A stretch of DNA of 64,000 nt from Priapulus caudatus (GCF_000485595.1 NW_014577078.1:6788-70787); one strand, 5' to 3'. Positions 49,496 to 61,684 are shown, counted from the stretch's first letter. Notes: a model not told the origin generated them from the letters alone. Numbers and translations are program-made.

Positions 49496-50237
49496 TGGCC
49501 CTGTCACACATTGACGATTTAGCCAGCGTATGCCGACGTATGAAAAATTTGGCGAATACGCTGGCGTACGTCGAATAAGTTATGGGTAATATAAGCTTTG
49601 TATAAGTTAAAAGCACGCTGAAGCACGCTGAAGCACGCTGAAGCACGCTGGTATACGTCGTAGTACGGCGAGGTCTTCGAAATTTTTTTAGCATGCTCAA
49701 AATTTTCCGACGTATGCCAGCGTATGCCCATACGTCCCGCATATGCGGGCTATAAGTTGTAGGTAAGTTATGCGATCGTTGACACACGTTCACACACGTT
49801 ACTTGTAAGTTACTCATGAGTCGAAATACGTCGAGATAATGTCTAGCGTACCCAAAACATATTTCTAACCTATGAGTAACGTGCTTTGAACCTATGTGTA
49901 ACTTATCTCCAACGCATATTGACGTATGCCTTTTTATAGGCTACGACACGTGATCGTCGGCGATACGCTGCCGCGCGCTATGCATAAGTTAATTAGACTA
50001 TCGTTGGGCATAACTTGTGAACGCCGGCAACACGCTAAGCATTCGTTGGCATAAGTTATCTATAAGTTATCGAAAGGTTCTATATAAGTTACTAATACGT
50101 TATGTATACGTCCAACTCGTTATTAATACGCTATGTATACGCCCAAAATTGAAAAAACATCGATAGTTCAGCGTATGCCAGCGTTTTATTCCACGTCGGC
50201 CATACGCTGGCTAAATCGTCAATGTATGACAGGGCCA
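49496..50237. mobile_element. PIF/Harbinger-like MITE
   Basis: TAA|TGGCCCTGTCACACATTGACGATTTAGCCAGCGTATG ... CATACGCTGGCTAAATCGTCAATGTATGACAGGGCCA|TAA. Confidence 0.92.
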
Positions 50238-50287
50238 TAATAGCAATGCTGGTCATTTTGCTTACCTGCTCACCTTACTTTTCTTAC

Positions 50288-50581
50288 CTGAACACTAGTA
50301 TTAACCATGACGTGTTCCTCCACGGCTTCGTGCTTGACTTTAATGCTCTGCGCTAGTATGAGGATGTTCTGGACGACGACAGCGAGAATCGGTATGGTGA
50401 TCATGGCCAAGATCAAGGCTAATTGCGCTTTCCTGTCCCGTCTTGTAAATGGGTTCTTGCCACAAATGCCGCCCTTCTTCCCTACCTGCTGACTGATTAC
50501 GGCAAACGTTGGCTCTGTGACGTCGTCCATCGCTACCGGGGAAGGTATGTGAATCGCTGACGGATTCCCGGTGGCGCTCAT
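50288..50581 (-). CDS. NIT-domain receptor, coding exon 1 (N-terminus plus transmembrane helix)
   Basis: ATG at 50581 with an in-frame TAG upstream; 98 codons. A basic patch TRRDRK precedes the hydrophobic stretch LALILAMITIPILAVVVQNILILA. The phase-0 donor CAG|GTAAG joins exon 2 in frame. Confidence 0.75.
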
Positions 50582-51164
50582 CTGTGTGGGTGAGTACACG
50601 AACTCCAACGACGCTCCAATAGTTGCTGTATTCAGTGTCGACTAACGTCGATGATTGCCGTCGTAAACGCAACAAATGTCTGAAATATATGATGACAGCG
50701 GTTGCCGCTACATCATTACCAAACAGCTGCTAATAACCAGCCCGTTCATCACAAAAGAAACGTGTATACTGTCATGGCGGTGTATACGAGCCGATAGCAA
50801 GGTGTGATAGCGACACTATTGTGAAGCACCACTAGCGAACGTATTATCTGGAAATTGCATCGGGATGCTAGCTGCAGCGTTACACCTGCGGAAGTGAACG
50901 TAATGGGATAGCAATTTATGACGCATAGGACATCATCAATAAGAAGGACACGAGCTTGTGCGCAGGTGACGGAGGGCGATTGCGCATGCTCTATTAGTTA
51001 TTGTCATCGATTCATTAGCGTTCAATAATATGTGCATATACGTACTTAGCACTGAAGGTGGTAATAAATTAGACCTATATTTCATCTTAGACAATTAACG
51101 TAATTCCGCGGTATCAGAATAAAAACCTCCAATCTGATGAAGCTGCAGAAACAATATATTATAA

Positions 51165-51330
51165 AACTAGAGCACTCGGAGAGCGCAGACCTCCGCCAAG
51201 GCAGCTGAATTCTGTCACTGTGAAAAATTGTATTAATTAATTAATTAAATAATTAATTGGATTCGGATAATCACCAAAATGTAATGAATTCTAAGTTACC
51301 CCATTTCTGACCTATCCTGAAAATTTTATT
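51165..51330 (-). mobile_element. 3' fragment of a Helentron-type non-autonomous element (HINE/DINE-like)
   Basis: The minus strand ends GCCTTGGCGGAGGTCTGCGCTCTCCGAGTGCTCTAGTTT (short hairpin then a T-run), a terminus I recognise from this class. Confidence 0.6.
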
Positions 51331-51344
51331 AATTAATTAATTAA

Positions 51345-52496
51345 GGCAAATGCCTCCTTGGTATGCATGCGTTTCACAGGATGTGATACGGTGAGTGCAT
51401 TCGCTGGACGGGGTAGATAATGGATGGTAGATCGGAGAAGATTGGAGTCCTTCGACTTGTCAAACAGCACAGTTCTTTACAAGAAATGTTCAACCAGTTA
51501 TGAATGGAATGGGAGCTTTCGGATGATCTGGTTGAAAACCTCCAGCAGTTCACATGTCAGTTGCATAGCTCTCAACCTGGTACAAACGACACTAACGAGC
51601 TGAGGTACAGGCTGTTCTGTGCCAAGAAGGGGAACATTGAATCAACTCAATTACCGTCATGCGCTGACTGCTTACTGAAGCATGCTTCTCGTGCCAACTA
51701 TCAAGCAGCGATCTAGAAGCGGAGCCTTCAATCATGTCGTGAGATACCCACCCCATCGGCTCTGGTTGGAGTCTGGAGAACAGTAAGCTCGTCATAGACT
51801 GGATGAGGGGTGAACCAGCGCCTACTGCCGTTCTAGAGCTGTTATCTTACACCTGCAACAGGTCATGCCAGCTTCCGACCTGCACCGCAAATGGCCTGAA
51901 ATGCACGCACATGTGCAGGCTACAAGACTGCGAGAACCGGCGTGAAGATCCCATCGAGGAAGTTGTCTCGGATGACGTCGAAGACGACGATGCGAGTTAA
52001 AGTAAGGGTGAACACAACCATTTATTAATTCAACCAGCCGATCAACAACATCACATGATTAGTAAAGTGATTTTAGTCTTTCTTTCCCAAAACGCCTGCT
52101 TTTATAAATATAATTTTAGTTTTTCTTTAAATTCAAGGTTTATTTTGTATTCTGTTGCCATGGAAACCATTTCAGAATCATGCCTATATTTAAGGATATC
52201 TCCAAATTTACGCTGTAAGCCTGTTGGGAGTTATTAACAGCTAAACACCTATAAGGATATGGCTTTTTTGGCTTCAATTCGTCAATTTAGAGTGATCTTT
52301 GTACAATATTTGGCCATTCAGTGAAACTGAGTGACATCACTTGATCACGTGATAACAATCATAAAGCTACTGATTTTGCGCGGTTATGATATACCAAAAT
52401 AAACTGGAGGGAATAAGGTTTAAAAAAATCTATGTTAGAATTTGTCCATCATTTTGGTGTCAAATGGCCATTTTGAGGGTTCTGGCCCATGGACTA
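51345..52496 (+). mobile_element. 3' remnant of an Academ-type DNA transposon (XPG-like nuclease plus Cys-rich CXC domain)
   Basis: Degenerate frame FTGCDTVSAFAGRG...NELRYRLFC..LPSC..L.KH..RANYQAAI...GW...W...PAP.AVLELLS.C...C..NGLKCT.MC...CEN. The terminus ...GGCCCATGGACTA reads TAG on the reverse strand, as expected for Academ. Confidence 0.75.
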
Positions 52497-52749
52497 ATTA
52501 AAAACAAATCTATAGATGTAAACCATTTCAGAAAATCTAAGATCACAAGATTTTGTTCTGTCCAGTATTGTGGGAGCGAAGTGATGAAAATGTGTACAAA
52601 CTGCGACCTTGAGATAATTTTTATTTTGTAAACTGTCAATTATAACGGTAGTTATTTCATATTCAATACGCAGAATTTGTTCTGTAAATTGCATGAATCC
52701 CGCCGTCTTCCTCGAATGAAAAACGTTGTTGCGAATAGAGTCAATCAGA

Positions 52750-52825
52750 TCAGTGTGCCTGCTCCAGCACCCATTCAAACGCAGCCGATATTCCTCCCAA
52801 GTTAGCGATATCCACCATGTTGATA
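52750..52825 (-). CDS. FBXO4: FBXO4-like gene, last exon
   Basis: INMVDIANLGGISAAFEWVLEQAH*, resembling the FBXO4 C-terminus (..GIEWILEE). The acceptor ttgccAG is one base out of phase (likely indel error). Minus-strand AATAAA at 52620-52625. Confidence 0.65.
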
Positions 52826-52944
52826 CTGGCAACAGGGTAAAAAACGTAAATCATCTCTACGCGCCGCGTTGGTTCATTAACAAGGGTAACATCTGTTAAA
52901 TTCAAGACGCGCTTTACTATTCAGTATTCAAGCCGTTATCCGCA

Positions 52945-52997
52945 TCTCTCTCTCTCCCTCTCTCTCTGCGGCGCCGCGCGCGCCGCGCGCGCGCGGT

Positions 52998-53032
<35 letters not shown>

Positions 53033-53070
53033 GTGTGTGTGTGTGTGTGTGTGTGTGATTGTGTGGCATG

Positions 53071-53123
<53 letters not shown>

Positions 53124-53150
53124 GCGTGCGTGCGTGCGTGCGCGCGTGTG
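52945..53150. repeat. (CT)n/(GT)n/(GCGT)n microsatellite. Others at 54085-54240 (GT), 55043-55092 (CT) and 57565-57610 (TA).
   Basis: Direct inspection. Confidence 0.95.
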
Positions 53151-53255
53151 TAATTACGAGGATGAATGGCTGTGTGGGCGAGCGGATCGATTGCTTTTAT
53201 CACACGTAGTACTGCAGAAACAACTTGTAAAAGAACGTGTACAAATTTTCGGTAC

Positions 53256-53431
53256 CTGCCAAGGGTTTAAAATCTTGTTGAGCTTCAGATTTCGTGTGAC
53301 CTCGATAGCTGATACAGAATTAGGTGCATTATTTATTGCAGCGGCTACAACCAACAAAGGTGCACACGACGATCCTGTCTGTGGTGTAACCACTGCCGAG
53401 AGTAGAGAGTCGTAGCTGCTGTTCCTTAAAG
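53256..53431 (-). CDS. FBXO4: FBXO4-like gene, exon
   Basis: tttgttcAG|...CAG|GTacc; 176 nt, phase 1 to 0. LRNSSYDSLLSAVVTPQTGSSCAPLLVVAAA...LKLNKILNPWQ (compare FBXO4 RPLLVLS...LHLNLLNHPW). Confidence 0.85.
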
Positions 53432-53786
53432 CTGAACAAAGTAAAATTATTATTTACTGAAACGTGCACAGACACTTATATTCGCAATACGTCGCCAATT
53501 TACGCAAAATAAGTTAAAATGGTCATTTCTTTTAAAATTATGGCATCATAATTCTACCTAGTAAAAATTAACGTTTACGAACTTTAAATGCATCACTTAA
53601 AGAGTTATTCCTTGTAATACAATGTATATACTTTTTTGTGTGGTTCGTGAAAGTTCGTGAAAAACAAGTTAAAACTGATATTCATATTAAATTCTCACAT
53701 TGAAATTCCGGCATATTCTGGAGATTCATATTATAAAAATAGCTTGATCTAATCATCTTTCAGTCCATGGTCGTTATTTGACTTAC

Positions 53787-54023
53787 CGTATTCATTTCGA
53801 TCAGACGCATCAACAACAAATACGAACGCATTTGCACTGCGGGCTACCTCGCCCATAGCCGAAGTTAAATATATGGTGCCATCGCCATCTTGAGCCAGCA
53901 TGCGGTTATTAGCAACGCAGTTTTTTGTTGGGTACTGTTCTCTGACCCTCTCTGTATTCGAATACAGTGTGATGAGGGTGAAGCGACGGGACTTTATCCG
54001 CAAATCGATTCCAGCACCTATAC
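53787..54023 (-). CDS. FBXO4: FBXO4-like gene, exon
   Basis: gctatAG|...G|GTaagt; 237 nt, phase 1/1. GIGAGIDLRIKSRRFTLITLYSNTERVRE...ANAFVFVVDAS (compare GIGSGV..F.ILILYSTTRKER...DGFIYVANA). Confidence 0.88.
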
Positions 54024-54095
54024 CTATAGCAATATTTGAAGACAGGCCAAATTAATCAAATCATGAGAAATATCTATCCATCTGTGTGTTCGCGC

Positions 54096-54145
<50 letters not shown>

Positions 54146-55056
54146 CTGTGTGCGTGCCCGTGTGTGCGCGCGTGTATGTTGACGTGCGCGTGCTTCTTAA
54201 TCTGGATGCGTGTCTGTGTGCATGCGTGGCTCGCCAAATGCTTACACTGCATTTACGATTACACCAGCGTGTAGTACATGGCACGGAGCGCTTCCGAGGT
54301 TAGGCTGAAGAAATTTGAACTCATGGCCTTCGAGTTTTCCATCGCGGAAATCGGATATCCAACAATCACAGAACGTGTCTAGCCAAGCACTAACAATTAT
54401 CATAAAGTAGGTGACACGTAATACTTAACAATAGTACTCATGCGTGTTGATCCCTATATATGACGGCTGCTCATATGCAGGCAGGTAATACGCTACGCAT
54501 TTAAACATAATACAGCCGAGCAGGCGATCACCGCCGAGAATCTCGGCAAGAAGAATTAAACAACTACAAATATCCCAAAACAAATTTGCCTCTAATAGCG
54601 CTCACGCCAGCGGGCAACTAGGAATGCGTAGGAAAACTTGAGAAATCTTACAAACGTATAACACAATGGTCACGGCAACTAATCGAGTACATAAATTATA
54701 ATCTCTTCAATAATTATGCAATAATTCTATGCAATGCAACTTAATAGCTGAATGAATATCTAAATCTAGATAAGTGTGTCACAAATTCACAATCTCAAAA
54801 GGGGCGTAACGATTCTCTTGATGTACGATGATGATTTAATCCTTTATATATTACATCAGGAATCTATCAATATTGATATATAGGAGTATATATACTCAAT
54901 TACTCAATATTGATAGACTCCTGATTACATTGAGTGGGGCCCGACGGGTTATTTCAGCCACCCGTGAGCGCTATACCTTCGTGCGACCGCGCATATATTC
55001 TCACCTGCTTACGTGCATGCGTCTGACTCATCTCACTTTTAGCTCTCTCTCTCTCT

Positions 55057-55094
<38 letters not shown>

Positions 55095-55267
55095 ACTCTC
55101 ACGCATCATATCACTCTCATCACTCTCTCTCATTACTACACGTCCATGACTTCAAGGATCGATTTCAGCCTTAGGTTTCCCACTGATATGACCAACACCT
55201 AATGATCGTATATTCTACTAATAGGAAGCATGATATCACTAGTCTGACAGAAACGATTACTGTGGAA

Positions 55268-55554
55268 CAGGCACGGCGCCAGGCGGAGGCCTGGAAGCTC
55301 GCGCTTCAACATTATTTCCGGATTTAAAAATTCGCAAATTTGCAATGTACATTTTACTGTGTTTCATATTTCATTTTTAAAAAAACTCGCCAGCGTACAG
55401 CATTTTCTATGTAGCATTTCAAAAAAATTCGGGGGAGGCCCCCTGGACCCCCACCTGGGGAGGGGAAACCCCCCTCACACACTCTCCCCCTTTCCAACGC
55501 TTCGCGCCTTCGTGGCTGGGCATCAACATTAGTCAATCCCTGGCGACGGCCCTG
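55268..55554. mobile_element. CAGG-type MITE
   Basis: CAGGCACGGCGCCAGG / CCTGGCGACGGCCCTG, GGAA on both flanks, internal GGGGAGG..CCCCC hairpins. Confidence 0.7.
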
Positions 55555-56937
55555 GGAAACACGGCAGTGGAAAAACAAGCCATTTGCTTTCTGCGACAGC
55601 TCGACTAGCAACGCACTAATATAACACTGGGCGTTCGCGCACTCATTACCGACGCCGTTCATGCAGATCAAATCCCAGACAGAGTGACTGACTACAAACA
55701 GAAAAAGACCGTCTCGTCACGGAGTGGTCTCGTTACGGAGTGCAGCCACCGGCATTTCATGGAGAAGCAGCTGCGAGAAGCAAATTCGGCCAATTAGATG
55801 TAATTACTTGACGTGGTGCGTGATTACGATAGAGTTTGCTACAAATACGAAAATAACACGCTGTTTAGCGCACTGCGCTACGTCCTTCTGTTGCATTTTC
55901 GCATCTCCGTAATCAGAATAAGCCCCGCCTTCTTCGTTGATGGGCATGAATGGGGCGTCATCGACGTGACCAGTTACTGTACCGACTGTATTTCGCCAGC
56001 CTGTTTACTTTTCGTATAATTAATTAAATGCCCGGACGATGCATTTCGCATCGAAGTGGGAAATTTTTGGCATTTTCACTCGCTGTCGGAAGTGAACGAG
56101 TTCGTCATTCATTGAACATTGAAGTTTTTCTTCAAATTAAATAATTCCGAAAATCCCTAACCGCGCTACTCGATTGTTTTAACGAATGAACGTAACTGTG
56201 TGTGTGACGTCTTGCCCGCGCGCTTTATGCTTGGCTTAGCGGGCCTCGAAATGGATATCGAAGGCAGGCACCTCGCAGCACGCGTGTTTGTTTACATATA
56301 GCTTTGTGACGTACGGTGTTCGGGAGTTCTGCGATGATAACCTCGTAATTTCTCAGCATTTCTTAAGGTGCATGGAACATTTTACCAATTTAATGGTGTC
56401 AGTTAGTCACGGATATGTCACAGTAAGTACTAACCGTATATGTTTCACATACGTTCACCTATTTTGCAAACAGGCGGTCGAACATTGTAAAAAAATTGTA
56501 GTAAATATGTTTATTTTTATTGACACGTTCCAAGATGCCTGTGCTTTCAAGCAGTCTTGTTACGTCATTGGCAGCAGTGCGCTCAAGAGGCACACAAATC
56601 AAACACATACTTCATCTACTGTTATTGTTGATGCCTGAATGCGTGATTTATTCAGGGAGCGAACTGTAAGAAGGAGAAAGAGACATTTTTCCTTTGTGGT
56701 TTCCGAACCACAATTCTACTTGACTATTTTCATGGGCGCATTTCATGATTGAAGCTCTGCATATATGGACCCCCGCAACAAGCCCTTTGACGGACTAGTC
56801 AAGAAATTCAAAGGTCTGCTATATTTGCTCTTATTGTAGTCTGTCGATAGTTTGTCTAATTTAGAACAGTCTTTATAGTTTATCTTCTAAAACTACAGAC
56901 CCCCAAAAATTCGCATGACGTGGCTGTGGAGACGGGC

Positions 56938-57200
56938 GCCGGCTGCGAATTTTTTTTTCGCACGAGAGTTCCGGACCCCAGCCATCAGCGGCAACTCATA
57001 CCTCGAAGCAAGCAATGCAAAATTTATACAACCTAACCCTGCCAACGCCTGAAACGCTAACACCTGAGACGAACCGTAAAAACACTGAACCTATAATACA
57101 ACCAGGTCCGTCGTTATATAATCGCAGCCATACTATTACAAATACACTATCTGTGGTGGGGTCCGGAACTGCTCCGTGGGAAAAACATTTCGCCGCCGGG
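56938..57200. mobile_element. Unclassified small inverted-repeat element
   Basis: GCCGGCTGCGAATTTTTTTTTCGCACGAGAGTTCCGGACCCCA mirrored by TGGGGTCCGGAACTGCTCCGTGGGAAAAACATTTCGCCGCCGG. Outer ends are unclear. Confidence 0.55.
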
Positions 57201-57563
57201 CTTCGAATTTGGCGGGGCACATCCTCGCACTGCGGCGCGCTTCATACTTGAAGCATCCCCGCGGTCGCGTGCGCATCTCCGCCGGAACTGCGCGTCTCAA
57301 TCCGCGCGCAAGCGGCTCAGGATCAATCATCAAAGCTGTGCCCTGCACGCAATCTTGTAATGCATGTTCTCTGGATGCTCCCGTATGCAGATATGTAGAA
57401 TGCCTTCGACATTCGATTGGGAGTGTGCGGTGTAATGACTACAATGCTAATCTCTAATTATATACTATATATGAATATATATATTAGAGAGAGAGATATA
57501 TAAATATCAGGGAGTTAATTAATTGGCCACCAAACTTTTGTCATTATTAACTCCTGCAATAGC

Positions 57564-57608
<45 letters not shown>

Positions 57609-58036
57609 TATTAATATAGTGCGTGCGTGCCTGCGCATTAGTATTAGTATATCATAGACTAACATATCATGACAGGACACGCAAGATACAATCAGTACTT
57701 AAAGAGAGCAGGCAACAGTAGCCTTGGGCCGCATTATTTACCGCCGCATTATTTCGTCTGCGGAAAAGGTTTGCGTTGATGTTTTTGCGGTAATGTTCGG
57801 CACTAGAGTACTTTCTCATCATTTTTAATTGAATTCTGTTCGACGATTCAGGCCGGCTCCCACAAGGTCAACCTATCCAGGAGGAAAACGAAACGTAATA
57901 AATCAAGCTAATATAGGTATTGTAAGGTAAATAGCGCTGGCGTGCCTCAATAAACTGGACACATTGTTACATGGTTGTCCAGATGCTAGCTGCACGCCAT
58001 TGTTATTATACTTAATGAGATAGACGCCGTCGCTTA

Positions 58037-58360
58037 CGGTCCGGATACACTAGGCGATTTTATCGGGCGACTCAGTCGAGCGGCTCAATCGCCGGTGAAA
58101 ATCGCCTAATGTGTCCAGTCAGTCGCCGCCGATTTAGTCGCCGCCGATTTAGTCGCCCGATTTAGTTGCCCGATTCAATCGCATCGATCAAAACGTTTTG
58201 TTATTATCGGGCGATTATTTCAGTCGCGCAACTAAATCGCGTGATGTGTCCACTCGACTCGCGCGATAGAATCGGCCGATATTATCGGGCGATAAACTCG
58301 CCCGGGGCGATAAAGTCGCCCGATTAGATCGCATTAAAATCGCCTAGTGTGTCCGTGCCT
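58037..58360. mobile_element. PIF/Harbinger-like MITE
   Basis: TTA|CGGTCCGGATACACTAGGCGATTTTA ... TAAAATCGCCTAGTGTGTCCGTGCCT|TTA, with internal TCGCCCGAT repeats. Confidence 0.85.
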
Positions 58361-59889
58361 TTAATTGATAGGTATTAATATTGTCGTGTATCAGATCTAT
58401 AGGCGCCTAGCTGTCACGCAATGTTGGTGCACGCTATTGAGATAGTTAACTGGTCCTCGTGGGTACAGCCGGTGTATACTGTATACTAATTGTTGTCTGA
58501 ATATAGAAACCTATGAATATATGAAATATAATAAAAATAATAATATAAATTAAATAAATAATGAATATATACCTAGCACCTATATAAAATATAGAAGGAT
58601 GCCTACGAGTGAGCAGGGCCATAGCTATCTGAACTTTCCGAGCGTATGCAATTACGCGCACGCCTTTATACGCATCTTTCTGTTTTGATGTTTTATGTGG
58701 AAAGTTCTATTGAGAAAAATAGTTTTAAACGTTTAATCATCGCTGTCGCGGCCCTTCAGCACTGATTAGTATGGCTTTTAATTAGTGCTAGAGCTTCTGC
58801 GCTTCGCGCTTCGCGCTAGAGCTCTAGGGCTCGCGAACCCACCCCTTGTGCATGCTTGGCGTGCGCACCGGCGCTATCACAAAATCCGTAACCCCTAAAA
58901 TGAAATTCTAGCTACACGGTTGCGCCCCCTATATCTCAAAATCCTGGACCTGCCACTTAAAATAGACGTTCACTCCTGCCCTTTCTATGGATAGATATAA
59001 AGTCTATGTTATAGGAGGCAATGATCAAACTGTCGATGATTCAGCTGACCATGCAATTAGTACTGACCATATAGAATTAACCGACACACCAAAATTTGTA
59101 AACATCGCCGAGTAAGTTTGAATATTTTGATCAACATATCAGAAGGAATTTTAATTATTTATACTACCTAATGTTAACAGATAATTACAGTACTATTTAT
59201 AGTATGTGCTGCATGGAAACGCTGGTTGTGGTCGATTTCGTATCGGCTTCTACTATATTTTAAACTGATTTACAACAATAACCGTACGGCGCGCAGCGTG
59301 AATGCTATGGCCCAAAGCTCAGTGCAGATATTCCCAAAACTACGATTAGGCCACGCCTCCTTTTAAATCGAATTGTGTCTCGTTGATTTAACTTTTTGAT
59401 CAAATACCTCAAGATAAGTAATAATATAGTGAAATGTTTTTGTTTAGTGTTAGGGTTAGGGTTAGGGTTATTTAATTTTATGTTATTTAAAAATATACAT
59501 AATATATAGTTGGGTTCGCACAGGCATTAAACATTCGATTCACACACAAAACTGAAATATACACCTCATCATACCTAGCGTTACGGATGCTCACGAATAT
59601 TCGCACGTCGGCGTCAGCCGAGTATGATCAAAAGCGAGCCGTAGGGGGCGTAGTTATGGGAGCGAGCTCGTTAGGACGAGTAGAGTATAGTCGTAATTAG
59701 AATAGTTAGGGCATCCGTGCTCTTCTCTTTCAAACCCAATTGGCTGGGATGAACAGTATACAGACTCGGACGCTTAACTGAGCTGCCAATGTATAGCGCG
59801 TGCAGCGGGCATATGGCAACACGTAATGTCAGAATCGGTAGGTATATACGCCTGTCAGTATAAGTCACATTAGCGTAGCGTTACGTTAA

Positions 59890-60363
59890 TACGCGGCGCA
59901 CACTGTGAGATTCGTGTTGATCACAGAGCGTGAGTTTCGTGCTCAGCAGGAATCTCACACCCCCGCACACGGTGAGATTCGTGTTGATCACAGGGCGTGA
60001 GTTTCGTGCTCAGCAGGTATCTCACACCCCCGCACACAGTGAGCACCATGCTGAACACGGATCTTACGAGCAGGTGCCACTGTAGGTCATGTGACTGATC
60101 AAAATGGCGAAACCAATCAAAATGCGCCGCCACTGGGTGAGAACCAATCAAAATGCGCCGCCACTGAGTGAGTGTGAGCAGGATTCTCACATGCCCCGCA
60201 CGCGCTTTTGACGAGTTTTTAGCGAGACCAAAATTATCAAACACGACAGATATTTTCCTCATCGCCTCGCGAGACCAAAACCTCACATAAATCGACCGCG
60301 CACACGGTGAGATTCTTCCGCTTCGTGCTCAGCACGAATCTATCTCACCGTGTGCGCCGGGCA
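59890..60363. mobile_element. PIF/Harbinger-like MITE with internal tandem duplications
   Basis: TAA|TACGCGGCGCACACTGTGAGA ... TCTCACCGTGTGCGCCGGGCA|TAA, with ~66 bp and ~31 bp internal repeats. Confidence 0.82.
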
Positions 60364-60379
60364 TAAGCTACGTAATTAA

Positions 60380-61160
60380 ATATGTTACGTTGTGTTGGGT
60401 TTTTTAGATTCTGTTGCATTTCGTTGCGTTACGCTGCGTTTCATTGCATTGCATTACATTCGTTACATTGCATTGCGTTTCGTTGGGCTGTGATGTGTTG
60501 CGTTGTGATGTGTTTATGTTGTGTTATGTTGTGATGTGCTTATAGTTGTGTTGTATTGTGTGTTGTTATCAGGTGTGAAGAATAATAGATCTATTATTAT
60601 TCATTCCTGATTTTATGTTGTATCGTGTTGTATTGTGTTGAGTCGGGTGCGTTGCATTGCGTTGCATTGCGTTGCGTTCCGTTGAATTGAGTGGAATTAT
60701 GCTGCATTGCAGTTGTTACGTTGCATTGCGGTGCGTGTGTGTTGTGCTGTGTTGTACTGTGTTGTTTTGTGTTATAACTTATATTATATTATGTTTTTAT
60801 ATTGTACTTTGTTATGTTAGGTTAGATTATGATAATAATGATAATACATTATGTTATATTATGATATGATAATATGTTATGTTATGTTCTGTTATGTTAT
60901 GTTGTGTTGTGTTGTGTTGTGCTGTGTTGTGTTGTGTTGTGTTGTGTTATGTTGTGTTGTGTCGTGTCGTGTCGTGTCGTGTCGTGTCGTGTCGTGTCGT
61001 GTCGTGTCGTGTCGTGTCGTGTCGTGTCGTGTCGTGTTGCGTTTTTGGTGTGTTGTGTTGTGTCGTGCCGTGCCGTGTCATGTCATGTCATGTCATGTCA
61101 TGTCATTTTATGTTATGTTCTTTGCTGTTTGGCTACAATGCATTATGTTACATTGCCGTG
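60380..61160. repeat. Compound pentanucleotide microsatellite (TGCAT/TGTTG/TGTTA/TGTCG/TGTCA)
   Basis: Direct inspection. Confidence 0.95.
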
Positions 61161-61460
61161 AACTTCCGTTAAATCTTACAAAAAAATCTTGCCCTTCTAT
61201 TCACTGATTTCATGATGCTGTACTTAATGCAGTAGTAAATCTTATTTCCAGCTTTCTGTTTAAAAAATTTGTATGCCATATTTTGACCGCCAGAAGACTC
61301 TATTCAACGCCCTGTACTCCAAGAGGGTATAATATATCCGAGATTATCATCATCTTAGTTGGATATACCTCAATCAATTTGGCAAACCCTGAATAATTCT
61401 TAATTATTGAAAAATCGTAGGTACTTTGCGTGAAAAGAATAAAAATATGTAAGTACTCAC

Positions 61461-61684
61461 CTCCAGATCTTCCAGGTACGAGTCCGGTGATTTGAAACAA
61501 ACTTGTATCATAAAGCATTTTCCCCAGGACGCATTTTGTTGCGCTACTTTCTAGGCCTGGTCCAAACATGACAACTTTAGGCGGTCGCCAGGATATTAGA
61601 GTCTTGATAATGGTGCTGATCTGGCGTATAACAGGATAATACTCGAGATTTTTGTGCTGGAACTGTTGACTGCATGTCTGGTAT
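61461..61684 (-). CDS. FBXO4: FBXO4-like gene, exon; the upstream F-box exons were not found in the window
   Basis: acgcAG|...G|GTgagt; 224 nt, phase 2 to 1. PPKVVMFGPGLES matches the FBXO4 hallmark PRFAMFGPGLE. Confidence 0.88.

Noticed and set aside
59449..59470. (TTAGGG)3 telomere-like repeat
   Set aside because: Too short, and it sits inside a probable degenerate MITE.
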